Shown one piece after another: positions 1-11,344 of a stretch of DNA of 64,000 nt. Source of the stretch: Vicugna vicugna (Eukaryota). Numbering within the stretch: position 1 is the stretch's first letter; every line of letters starts with the position of its first letter. The stretch is taken from contig MU058687.1 of NCBI GenBank assembly GCA_013265495.1, positions 5,268,093 to 5,332,092 on the forward strand, read 5' to 3'. The position numbers were made by a program, and so were the translations under genes. Under the pieces are notes generated by a model. It saw only the letters and a program-made list of their open reading frames with translations, made no database searches and was not told the origin of the DNA.

Positions 1-924
1 ATCCCCCATTTCAAACGAGCATACTGAGAATTAGAGATATTTCAATCACAACTAAATAGCAAAATAGCAGTGAAGTGATGTCTCACTCCACCTGATCTTT
101 TTTAAATCCTGAAGAAATCTTAGAAGTAAGAGGAAGACTTAGATTCCAGCAACTGACAACAACAATAGCAAGGTCAAAGGCCGTGGGAAAGTCTGGACTC
201 CATCTGGCTGGTACTGCTAGTGAAAGTAAGACAATGATTCTAAGACAGAGGTGGATGTTCATGCTACTTGCCTGGGGTGCCCCGAGACAACCACTGGCTG
301 CCACCTTAACGGGAGAAATGACAGCAGTGAACCAGACGTGCTGGAATGAGGATTTGATGAAAACAGGTGTGCTTAACCAGTTCTCCCCAGACATTCGCTC
401 CCCACTCCTTCAGATCAAAACCTTCAAGGCTGGCATTATGCTCGAAGGAAATCTCCTCCTTTCACTGCCTTTCCAAGGTGTAGAAGATGAAACGACGCCC
501 AGAAGAGCTGCATGGTGGGGTGGCAGCAAGTAGGAGTGGTAAACAAGCGATCTCTGGTACCTGGAGTGCTCAGTCAACAGGTTCATCCCTTCCCGTTTCC
601 TTGAATGCCTTAGGCTTTAACACAGATGAAAGCTTTTTCCTAAATTTTTCTCCAGATCACATTAGCAATCAGAGTAGCTGTTGCCTGCAGGGAACACAAA
701 CTCACAAGCTGTAATAACTAAACATCGCAGTGGTACAACTACCTTAAAAGGCACACGGGACTTGGATTGTGTATGTACCTTTTCAAGTAACAGTATTAGA
801 GATCTGATGCACTAAGATTTTTAAGTACTTTGGGAAATATGGAAAAATATAGTCATTATAATACGAGAAAATAAAATCATTGAAAAGCCCACCGGAAATA
901 TTAGGCTCATCAAATATAAGAATT

Positions 925-1370
925 TGACTCCTCTCTCTGGATATGATGGAGGAAATGGAATTAAATTTTCCCTTCAATAATGAACAAATAGAAAACTAAA
1001 ATGTATGTCACTCACATTGTTATCAGACATTTGACAACAGGCAATGAGGGCCTGTGGCACCTGAGAAAAAGGAAACAAACGTATGAGCTCAGTCATTTCC
1101 CCAGATCTCTACCTTGAGACATTTTTCCGATTGCAGCAACAACATAACCAAGTAGTGTTGAAGACCAGAGACTGGAAGTTGAGGCAGTTAGAATTTGTAG
1201 AGTAGATGGCTACAAATGAGGAATCGCTCATAGAAAAATGCAGAGGAGTTTAACTTAAGTCATTGATGACTGAGTTGAGGGTAGAAAATTCCATGAGTCC
1301 GGGCAAAGAACCACCACAGGCAACACAATGCCCAGAGCTCACATCCAGTGCTGGTGCTGCAGTGTTCACA
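925..1370 (+). mobile_element. Ancient L1 5'-end fragment (L1M4/L1ME-type)
   Basis: Degraded resemblance to old L1 5' regions; similar to the reverse complement of 20200-20600. Boundaries approximate. Confidence 0.4.
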
Positions 1371-1474
1371 CTTTGACCTGCTAACATGGGGAAACCTTAT
1401 TGAAGATTCAAGATATTTAGTATAGAGCTCATAGTGGCCATGGTTTATCTGTAGGGCTAAACCTGACAGGAGCA

Positions 1475-1930
1475 ATAGCTCTCAAGTGTGGTCTGTGGAA
1501 CACTCGGTGGACTAGAGACCTTGTCAGGGGTCCAGAATATCAAAACTGTTCTCTTAATTAGTCTTTTTCACTATGTTGACATTTACATTAAAGGTGCAAA
1601 AGCAACTGTGGGCAGTTACTGGTGATTTAGCATTAATCAAGGCAGCAGCACAAAACTATTAATTAGTCATCATATTCTTCACCTCAGTGCATGTGTGGTT
1701 GGAAGAAAAAAGCAAGTTTCAATTATGAATGTTCTTGACGAAGCTGTAGAAGTAATTAATTTTGTTTAATCTCAGCTCTTGTTTACATGTATTTTTCTTA
1801 TGCTAAGTGACAAAATGAGACGTACACAGAAAGCCCTTCTGCTGTATACTGAAGTGTAGTGATTGCCTCAAGGAAAAACACTCATGCAATTGGTTGAATT
1901 ACCAGATGAACAATTCACTCTTCTATGGAA
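1475..1930 (+). mobile_element. hAT-Charlie DNA transposon fragment (Charlie1-like)
   Basis: Starts ctctcaagtgtggtc...caggggtccagaatatcaaaactg and continues with a degraded transposase segment (gttgacatttacattaaaggtgcaaaagcaa...aatcaaggcagcagcacaaaact) typical of Charlie1a/b. Confidence 0.7.
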
Positions 1931-2029
1931 TACAAGTAGAGATTTCTTAAAGTTTCATTGCAGTGTGGCATCTGAAGCCACGTCAATGAATGTGTATACT
2001 CTAGGAATAGTAGAGAACTTTGTCATTCT

Positions 2030-4055
2030 ATAAAACTACAAAAACCTACAGCCAACATCAACATAACATTGAATGATAAAACACTGAAATTTTTTCCCCT
2101 TGAGATCAGGAGCAAAACAAGACTGCTCACTTTCACCACTTCTATTCAGCATAATGCTGGAGGGCCTAGCAATTGCAATAAGTAAAAAAAAAAAGGGGGC
2201 ATACATATAAGAAACAAACTAAATTGTCACAATTTACAGAAGAAAGTATTGTTTACATAGAAAATCACAGAAACTGTTCAAAACAACAAGTAAAACTGAT
2301 AAATAATTCTAGCAATGTCACAGGATACAAATGAAATATACAAAAATTATATTAAATAGTATTAAAAATTGGATATAGAATATTTTAATATTATATGGTA
2401 TAGTTTCATAAAACATGACACCTAGGAATAAATTTAATCAAGGCACTCAAGACCCCTACATTGAAAGCCACACATTACTGAGAAAAATTGAAGATAACCT
2501 AAAAAAAATGGAGAGAGATGCCATCCTCATGGATTATGAGACTCAATACTGTTAAGGTGGCAATTTACCCTCAAATAACCTATTGTTTGAATGCATTCTC
2601 AATTTAAAATTCCAACAGGCGTTTTTATAGAAACTGCTGAACTGCTTCTAAATCTTACGTGTGAAAAGTTTTAAAACCTTGAATAACTAAAGCAGGTTTT
2701 AAAAGGAACACAATGTCTGATTCCAAGACAAACATATAGTTGGTAATCAACACAATTAAACATTGGTTAAAAAGAAAACAGAGAGAGAGGGAGAATCATG
2801 GAGGTCAATGAAATAGACTAGAAAGTCGAAAAGTAGAATTCCCACAAATATGAACAATTGAGTTTCAGCAAAGTTGTCAGGACAATTTCTGAGAAAGAAA
2901 GATTTCAGCAAATACTGCCGGACCAACTAAATATTTCAGTGATAACAAAATGAACATTGACCCCTACCTCACAGGATACACAAAAAATTAACTTGAGATT
3001 GATTATAGACCAAAATATAAGATCTAAAACTATGAAACTTTTAGAAGAACATATAGGAGAAGATTTTTGCAACCTTGTGGTGTGCAAAATTTTCTTAGAA
3101 ATAAACAAGCATAAACATAAAACAAGAGTATACTAAGCTTAATTAATCAAAATTGAAAACATATGCTCTTCTAAAGGCACCACTGAGAAAATAAAATGTC
3201 AAGCCACGGAATGGCAGGAAATACAACACCAATATTAAACAAAAGGCTTGTAGTAAGAATATACAGAGAATTCTCAAAACTCAAGAATGAGTCAAAAAAT
3301 CTAATAAAGTCATGAATAAAAATCTGAATAGACACTTCACAAAAGGAGGTAATCCAATAGCCAAAATGCACATGAAAGATGCTTACATCATTAGTAGTCA
3401 GAAAAACACAAACTGTAGCCACAGCATCGACTAGAACTCCTAAATACTGCTGGAGGAAATGTCAAATGGTACGACCACTTTGGAAAACAGTTCGGCAGTT
3501 TCTTAAAAATTAAACATAACAATTACCATATGACTGAGGCATTCCTCTCCCAAGTACCCACCAGAAATGAAAAATATATTCATCCAAAGACTCTAACACA
3601 AAAGTTCATAGCAGCTGTATTTTCAATGGTCCCAAATTGGATATACCCAAATGTCCATCAGTGGGTGAATGGATAATGAGTGATATAACCATCAGTGGAA
3701 TCCTGCTCGGTAGTGATAAAAAGAAACTGTGAATATATACAACATGGATAAATCTCAAAATAACTATCCTAAGTAAAAGAAGCCCAACAAAAAGTATGTA
3801 AGATATGATTTTATTCTTATAAGATTCTAGAAAATGCAAATTAATTTGTAGTGATGGTAGGCAGGTCAGTGGTTGCTTAGGGACAGGAGTGGAAGGACAG
3901 TTTAATTACAAAGAAGCATGAGGAAATGTTTCAAGGTGATAAAATATTTTCTATCTCAATTATAGCTTTGCAGGTGTTTGCATATGTCAAAATTGATCAA
4001 ATTGTACTTTTTAGAGACTTGGAATTTATTGTCCTCTAATTATACATCAGTAAAG
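2030..4055 (+). mobile_element. Old 5'-truncated L1 (degraded ORF2 3' part and 3' UTR)
   Basis: ORF2-like motifs (aaacctacagccaacatc, tttcaccacttctattcagcata, ccactttggaaaacagttcggcagtttctta, ccaaatgtccatcagtgggtgaatggata) followed by an L1MB/ME-type 3' UTR ending in an A-rich tail near 4040-4055. Confidence 0.85.
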
Positions 4056-4069
4056 TTGTAAAAAATTTC

Positions 4070-4496
4070 AAAAAACACTTTTATCATTTTCCACTGCAAC
4101 AGCCTAAAAACAGTGACAAACCCAGTAGTGAGGCACACTCCTAGCAAACACTATAGGGAATCAACCTGGTAGGGTCCAGGTTGAGAGAAGGAACTGTGAA
4201 TGCTGAGCCTGCAATGCGCTGTATCAGCGAAGGACGCTATCAAGGACTATTAAAGTCCTAACCGGAGAAGTCATGGACTATGAACTCATAACCACATTAA
4301 AGAAAAACAAAAACCTTCAAGCCTCCAGATTTACTACGAATCTTTAGGAAATACAGAGGATAAGCATGACGGAATGCAATCAGCCAAATGCAGGCTGCAG
4401 GAAACAATCTGGCTTATTTCATACAGCAACCAAAATTAATTAGTTAACTCCTTCATGAATTTAATGAAAAAGAGGTAAAACAGCAACTATGTATTT
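4070..4496 (+). mobile_element. Ancient L1MC4/5-type 3' UTR, left part (interrupted by the L1 at 4497-11344)
   Basis: gacaaacccagtag, caagcctccagatttactac...ggaaatacagagg and atgcaatcagccaaatgcaggctg resemble L1MC4/5 3' ends; the sequence resumes at 11345. Confidence 0.55.
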
Positions 4497-4910
4497 ATTC
4501 CTATTTTTTCATGCTATGGATGGGTTTTCATTCATTCCTTTATTGACAAATAAAATTATAATATATTTAAAGCATATCACAGGATAAATTGATACATGTA
4601 CTATACTCTGTGAAAGGTTCCCTACCATTGAATTAATTAACACATCTGTCACCTCACATATTTATCTAGTTTTTTGTTGTTGTTGTTGGTTTTTCTAGTG
4701 AGAACACTTAAGTTCTATTCTATTAACAAATGAATTTAAACTACCCAATACGGTATTTTCAACTATAGCCACCATGTTATAATCAGACCCTGAGACCGTG
4801 TTCATTTTGTAACTGGAAGTTTGTACTATATTCCAATCTCTTTCCCAAACAACCCCATCGCCTGGCAACCACTTTTTTACTGTTTCTATGAGTTTGCCTT
4901 TTTTTTTTTT

Positions 4911-5825
4911 TAAGATTCCACATTCTCTGACTTATTTTATATGGCATAATGTCCTTTAGGTTCATCCATGTTATTGCAAGTGGCAGGATCTCCTTCTGTT
5001 TTAAGGAGGAATAACATTCCATTGTGCATGTGTGTGTGTGTATGTATGTATGTATAACTGTGAATAATGCTGCCATAAACATGGGAGTACAGATATCTTT
5101 TCATGATAATGATTTCCTCTCCTTTAGCTATACACCCAGGAGTGGGATTGCTGGATCATGTGGCAGTTCTATTTTTAATTTCTTGATGAACCTTCATGCT
5201 GTTTTCCACAGTGGCTGTTCCAGTTTACATTCCAACAGTGTACAAAGGTTTCCTTTTCTTCACATTCTTGCCAGCATATATTATCTCTTGTCTTTTTTAT
5301 AATGGACATCCTACCAGATAGGAGGTGGTATTTTGTGGTTTTGAATTTGCATTTCCCTGATGATTAGATAAGATTCCACATTCTCTGACTTATTTTATAT
5401 GGCATAATGTCCTTTAGGTTCATCCATGTTATTGCAAGTGGCAGGATCTCCTTCTGTTTTAAGGAGGAATAACATTCCATTGTGCATGTGTGTGTGTGTA
5501 TGTATGTATGTATAACTGTGAATAATGCTGCCATAAACATGGGAGTACAGATATCTTTTCATGATAATGATTTCCTCTCCTTTAGCTATACACCCAGGAG
5601 TGGGATTGCTGGATCATGTGGCAGTTCTATTTTTAATTTCTTGATGAACCTTCATGCTGTTTTCCACAGTGGCTGTTCCAGTTTACATTCCAACAGTGTA
5701 CAAAGGTTTCCTTTTCTTCACATTCTTGCCAGCATATATTATCTCTTGTCTTTTTTATAATGGACATCCTACCAGATAGGAGGTGGTATTTTGTGGTTTT
5801 GAATTTGCATTTCCCTGATGATTAG
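4911..5825. repeat. Perfect tandem duplication of a 457-bp unit (4911-5367 and 5369-5825, one extra A between)
   Basis: Identical 92-aa ORFs at 5024 and 5482 (offset 458). Both units start taagattccacattctc and end ccctgatgattag; no mismatch seen by eye. Confidence 0.95.
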
Positions 5826-7268
5826 TGCTGTTGAGCTCCTTTTCAGGTATCTGTTGGCCACTTGCAAGTCTTCTTTAGAAAAATGTCTATATAGGTCCTT
5901 TGCCCATTTTTAAATTGGGTTTTGTCTTTGCTATTGAGTTGTGTGAATTTCTTGTATATTTTGGATATTAACCCCTTATTAGATATGTGGTTCACAGATA
6001 TTTTCTCCAGTTCTTCCATAGGTTGCCTTTTAATTTTGTTGATTATTTATTGATGTGCAGAAGCTTTTTAATTTGTTGTATTCCCCCTTGTTTGCTTCTG
6101 TTCTTGCTGTCCTTGCTTTTGGTGTCAAATCAAAAATATCATTGCCAAGATCAATGTCAAGGAGCTTACCCCCTATGTTTTTGTCTAGGAATGTTATAGT
6201 TTCAGGTCTTGCATTCAAGTCTTTAATCCATTTTGAGTTGGTTTTTGTGTATGGTATAAGACAGGGATCCAGTTGCACTCTTTTGCATGTGGTTATCCAG
6301 TTTTCTCAGAACCATTTATTAAAGAGACTATTATTTTCCCTTTGTATATTCATAGTTACTTTGTGAAAAAATAGTTGACCATATATTCCTGGGTTTACAT
6401 CTGGGTTTTCTATTCTTTTCCATTGTTCTATGTGTCTGTTTTTGTGCCAATACCATACTGCTTTGACTCCTATGCTTTGTAATTATAGTTTGAAGTCAGG
6501 AAGTATGATACCACCAATTCTGATTTTCTTTGTCAAGATTGCTTTGTCTATTCAGGGTCTTCTCTGGTTCTATATGAATTTTAGGTTTGATTTTTTACTA
6601 TTTGGGTGAAAAATGCCTTTGGAATTTTGATGGGGATTTCTTTGAGTCTATAGATCACTTTGGGTAGTATGGACATTTTAACAATATTAATTCTTCCAAT
6701 TCATGAGCAAGAAATAACTTTGCACTTAAGTCTTCTTCAATTTTTTCATCAATGTTTTATAGTTTCAGTGCACAGATTTTTCACCTCCTTGTTTAAATTT
6801 ACTCCTAAGTATTTTATTCTTTTTGACACTACTGCAAATGAAATTGTTTTCTTAATTTCTCTTTCTGATAATTCATTGTTAATCCTATATATTGTTAATG
6901 TATAGGAACACAGCTAATTTTTGTATATTGATTTCATACCTTGCAACTTTACTGAATTTGTTTATAAGTTATTTTTTAACATTTTTTATTGATTTATAAT
7001 CATTTTACAATGTTGTGTCAAATTCCAGTGTAGAGCACAATCTTTCAGTTATACATGAACATATATATATTCATTGTCACATTTTTTCTCTGTGAGCTAC
7101 AATAAGATCTTGTATATATTTCCCTGTGCTATACAGTATAATCTTATCTATCTATTCTACAATTTTGAAATCCCAGTCTATCCCTTCCCACCCCCAACCC
7201 CTTGGCAACCACAAGTCTGTATTCTATGTCTGTGAGTCTATTTCTGTTTTGTATTTTTATGTTTTTTG

Positions 7269-7731
7269 TTAGATTCTGCATATGAGTGATCTCATATGGT
7301 ATTTTTCTTTCTCTTTCTGGTTTACTTCACTTAGAATGACACTCTCCAGTAACATCCATGTTGCTGCAGATGCCGTTATGTTGTCAGTTTTTATGGCTGA
7401 ATAGTATTCCATTGTATAAATATACCACTTCTTCTTTATCCAGTCATCTGTTGATGGACATTTAGGCTGTTTCCATGTCTTGGCTATTGTAAATAGTGCT
7501 GCTATGAACATTGGGGTGCAGGTGTCATTTTGAAGTAGGGTTCCTTCTGGATATATGCCCAGGAGTGGGATTCCTGGGTCATATGGTGAGTCTATTCCTA
7601 GTCTTTTGAGGAATCTCCATACTGTTTTCCACAGTGGCTACACCAAACTACGTTCCCACCAGCAATGTAGGAGGGTTCCCTTGTCCATTAACATTTACAG
7701 TAATTAATGATAGATTAGTGTTTATTGCCAT
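7269..7731 (-). pseudogene. LINE-1 ORF2p remnant: first 16 codons ([16 protein letters not shown]) fused out of frame to the C-terminal segment (KGTLLHCWW...MFIAALFTIAKTWKQPKCP...)
   Basis: Translated by hand from ATG 7731. The NVNG endonuclease N-terminal motif is followed directly by the HCWW end of the zinc knuckle. ORF 7269-7511 is the canonical ORF2 C-terminus. Confidence 0.9.
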
Positions 7732-8137
7732 TTTGAACTTATTTTTGAAGTTGATTTGGTATTTCCTCTTTGTTCCTTTCTTCTTCCTTTTGGGTTTGGT
7801 AATTTTCCTTTGTATTATCTTGGATTTTATTTAGTTTTTGAGACTCACTTGTAAGTTTTTGGCTTGTGGTTACCCTTTTTGGTAAGTCTATTAACGTATT
7901 GCTATAACTGTACTAAACAGATAGTAATGTAATCTCAAACCCATCCTACCGAGAACAAAAAATTTAAAATAGAAAGAAAAAAAAAAAACTCTATATTTTC
8001 TTGTTTCCCTCTCACACTCTTAATGATTTAGATGTCTTCTTTTACAATTTTGTGTTTATTCTATTTGGAATTCATGGTAGTTACCACCTTTCCAGTTATG
8101 AGTTTCTCATTTCTGTAGCATCCTGCTGCTTTTCTAT

Positions 8138-9041
8138 TTAGAGTAGACCTTTCAATATTTCTTTTAACATGGGTTTAGTGTTGCTAAACTCTTGTAGTTT
8201 TTTCTTGTTTGTGAAAGTCTTTATGTCTCCTTCTATCCTAAAGGATAGCCTTGCTGGATAAAGTATCCTAGGCTGCGTCTTTTTTTCATTCAGGACTTTG
8301 AATATATCTTGCCACTCCCTTCTGGCCTGTAGTGTTTGTGTAGAGAAATCAGCTGAGAGCCTTATGGGGGTTCCCTTGTAACTTACTCTTTGCTTTTCTC
8401 TTGCTGCCTTTAGGATCATTTCTTTATCCTTGACTCTGGCCATCTTGATTATGATATGTCTTGGTGTGGGTCTGTTTGGGTTCTTCCTGTTTGGGACCCT
8501 CTGAGCTTCCTGTACTGGGATATCTGATTCCTTCTTTAAGTTTGGGAAGTTTTCAGTCATGATTCCTTCCAATACCTTTTCAATCCCTTTTGATCTTTCT
8601 TCCCCTTTTGGGACCCCCTATTATGCCAAGATTGGCATGCTTTATATTATCCCATAGGTCCCTTGTGCTATTTTCATTTGTTTTTATTTGTTTATCTTGT
8701 AGCTGTTCTGATTGAGTGCTTTCTATTGTCCCATCTTCTAGGTCACTTATTTGTTCCTCTACATTATCTAGTCGGCTTTGCACAGCCTTTAGATCATTTC
8801 TCATCTCAGCCAATGCGTTTACCAGTTCTACTTGGCTCTTTTTTATAGCTTCCATTTCATTTTTGACATATTTTATATCTCTAAACACTATCTCTTTTAG
8901 TTCCTTCAGTACTTTGATCACTCCTCTTTTGAAATCTTGATCTATTAGGCTATCGATGTCTATTTCATTGATCATTCTTTCAGGGGATTTCTCTTGTCCT
9001 TTTAATTGGGAATGGTTTCTCTGCTTCTTCATCTTGCTCAT
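8138..9041 (-). pseudogene. LINE-1 ORF1p (RNA-binding chaperone), split by a +1 frameshift in the G5 run at 8614-8618; 300 aa if corrected
   Basis: ORF 8580-9041 gives the coiled coil to LRDLWDNIK-like motif (TRDLWDNIKHANLGIIG). ORF 8138-8572 gives ENFPNL, QEAQRVP, RPTPRHIIIKM, YKGTPIRLSADFS, ARREW, YPARLSF. Removing one G gives a continuous IIGVPKGEERSKGIEKV. Confidence 0.93.
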
Positions 9042-10425
9042 ACCTCTCTGGCACTGTGGTTTATGGAGTATCAGTTATCTATTGTGGTCCTTAAGGAGTT
9101 TATCTATCTAATGCCTATGTAGGAATAAAACTTAAAAAAAAAGAGAGAAAGAGAGAGAGAGAGAAAGAATTTTAAAAGAAGAGAGAAAAGAAGTTTTGAA
9201 AACAGTGTATAATGTTAATAGGAGAGCAAGTTGAAGCAGAATAGTAATTGGGTTGAGATGTCCTTTAAAAACCTTTAAAAAAGGAGAAAAGAGGAAAAAA
9301 TGTATTTGAAACCTGTGTATAATCAATAACAGGACATGAAAACCAAGAGAAATAAAAATGAAATGATGCAAATTTTTTAAAATAATAATAATAAAAAAAT
9401 TTATAAAAAATTTAAATGGATTAAAACTGGGGGTATATATAATTGTTTAAGAAGTAAAAATTAAAAGGGTAATAGAAAATAGAACAGGTAAAAACAGATT
9501 TAAAAAAGGGGGTGGGGAGCAGTGTTCTCCTGGAGACTGTCTGCTCTTAATGCGAAGTCTTTCTGTCTTCATCCTGTTTTGGAAGCTCAGCTTACTGTTT
9601 CCAGAGGCCCTCTGTTGGCACCCTCAGCTTTGCCGCTCCCAGTGCCTGTGGGCAAGCAGATCGTGCCCCGTCCCAACACTGGGTCAGGTGCAGCCCTCCT
9701 TTGCTGTTGGCAGACAGGTTACTGCCCCTCCTGATGTGGCAGTTAGATGTTGCATACTGGCCCCGCCTGGGTGCTAAGTGCTGGAGGACATGGCGGTTGT
9801 GCCTGAGCCCCACCTCTCTTCCCCCCGAAAACTTACCGCGGGTTTTCAGAGATGGGGGTATGCACCCTTCCCCCCAGGGCACATCAGCCATCTTGTTTTA
9901 TGGAGGGCCCAGGTTGTTCGTTGTTCTGCCCTGTGCACCCACAGCCACGGCGCGCAGCCCCCTGCAGTCCCCCAGGGCTGCCTCAGCGCAGCTGTCCCCG
10001 TCCTCTGCCCATCTCATGCAGCCTGGCCCTGCCCCCAGCTGCCAGCCCGCATCTCAGGCTGGGTGTCGCAGGGACCCTCTGTGCCTGTTTAACTTAGTTC
10101 TGTAGGTCAAGGGCTGCTCTGTACAGATCCGAGCCTCGAAGGCTCCCCCTCCATCCCACTGGCCTCTCGGTTGGAGAGGGGAGACCCAGCGAACAAGCGC
10201 CAGTCCTTCTTTGCTGCTCCCTCCCCCCGGGACCCGTCCTGCTCTGTTTTGCCTTTTCTTCTTTCTCTTTTCCTTTTCTCCTACCAGATTTTTGGCGTCT
10301 CTATCTTCCAAAGAGGATGATGTTCTGTCAGAGTTCCGCAGGTGCTCTGGTTTTTGAGTGGGTCTGTGGATGTGAGTCTTGGTGCATCTGTGGGACAGGG
10401 TGAGCTATGAGCATCCTTCTACTCT

Positions 10426-10434
10426 GCCATCTTG
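10426..10434 (-). promoter_or_regulatory. YY1-type motif (CAAGATGGC) at the start of the L1 internal promoter
   Basis: gccatcttg on the + strand, 11 nt inside the element 5' end, the position typical of mammalian L1 5' ends. Confidence 0.75.
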
Positions 10435-11344
10435 CCAACAGCCTCTGTTTATAAGTTTTAATAGTTTTTTGGGCCAAGTATTTAGGATTTTCTATATATA
10501 AAATATCATGTCATCTGCAATCAGAGATAATTATACTTCTTCCTTTCTGATTTGGATGGCTTTTATTCGTTTTTCTTGCCTAATTGCTCTAGATAGGACT
10601 TTTGGTACTATGTTGAGTAAAAATGAGGAGAGTGGGCAACCTTATTTTGTTCCTGGTTTTAAAGAAAAAGTGTTCAGTTTTTCACTGCTGAGTAGGATGT
10701 TACTTGTGGGCTTGTCATACATGGTCTTTATTATGTTGAGCTATGTTCCTTCTATACTCAACTTGTTGAGTTTTTATCATGAAACTATGTTGAAATTTGT
10801 CAAGTACTTTTTTGCATCTATTGAGATAATCATATGATTTTTTACCTCTCATTTTTATTAATGTGGTGTTTTACATTTATTGATTTGTGTATGTTGAACC
10901 ATCTTTGTCCCCCAGAAATAAATTCCATGCATCCATGAAGTATTTCTTCTTTGTTAGCTGTAGTGCTTTGGGACTCATGAACACAAGCTCTACTGGCAAT
11001 CAGAGCTAAGTAATTTGGGGGCCTACCCCTCATGTGGCAGCCTTAAATGTTGGGGCAGTAGATGTGTGGTCCAAACTCCTCCCTCCTCAAAAAGAAGCTG
11101 GGAGTTGGGGGTTCTCTCTGTATTTTATGGCATTGGACAAGGGGTGGGGTTTTGGGCAAGAGTGTATCTCAGGCTTTCCTATCCATTTCAGCATGCTTAT
11201 TTTCTCAGTCACTCAGCTAGTTTCTGGATTTCTCTCAGAGAGAATTGTTCTATGTGTAGCTATAAATTCACTGTGTCCATAGGAGGAAGAGAATTCAGGA
11301 GCCTCCTATGTCACCATCTTGGACTTGTCTCTACCTCTCAGCCT

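Larger units (their letters stand above)
6971..10445 (-). mobile_element. Young L1 derivative with 5' UTR, ORF1 and almost fully deleted ORF2 (half-L1/HAL1-like), 3475 bp
   Basis: TSD tgtttataagtt at 6959-6970 and 10446-10457. CpG-rich 5' UTR 9042-10445, ORF1 9041-8138, ORF2 start at 7731 joined at about 7682 to the ORF2 C-terminus, then 3' UTR and A-tail at about 6971. Confidence 0.93.
4497..11344 (-). mobile_element. Older L1 (L1MA9/cetartiodactyl-type), internally deleted: about 400 bp of 5' UTR joined to the RT region of ORF2 plus 3' UTR; hosts the younger L1 insertion
   Basis: Minus-strand ORF2 peptides (MQLDPCLIPYTKTNSKWIKDLN at 6030-6278; GGQRWFNIHKSINVKHHIN at 10842-10920). The 5' end has a YY1-type caagatgg motif near 11313-11321. 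14-bp TSD gcaactat(g/a)tattt at 4483-4496 and 11345-11358, at a TT/AAAA site. Confidence 0.85.

Noticed and set aside
83..714. ORFs of 75-116 aa at the window start
   Set aside because: They overlap on both strands, show no recognisable domain and have no convincing exon boundaries; consistent with chance ORFs.
5024..5760. Two identical 92-aa ORFs suggesting a duplicated gene
   Set aside because: They are antisense readings of L1 ORF2/3' UTR inside the tandem duplication.
7670..7695. Splicing as the cause of the ORF2 deletion in the young element
   Set aside because: L1 ORF2 normally continues NGLN (gga cta aat) here, offering no GT donor at the breakpoint; a microhomology-type deletion is more plausible. 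Based on remembered consensus.
7649..7731. In-frame mini-ORF2 fusion protein across the deletion
   Set aside because: The junction is out of frame: the ATG frame stops after 27 aa (…[15 protein letters not shown]), and the C-terminal frame has its own stop (SLV*PLWK).
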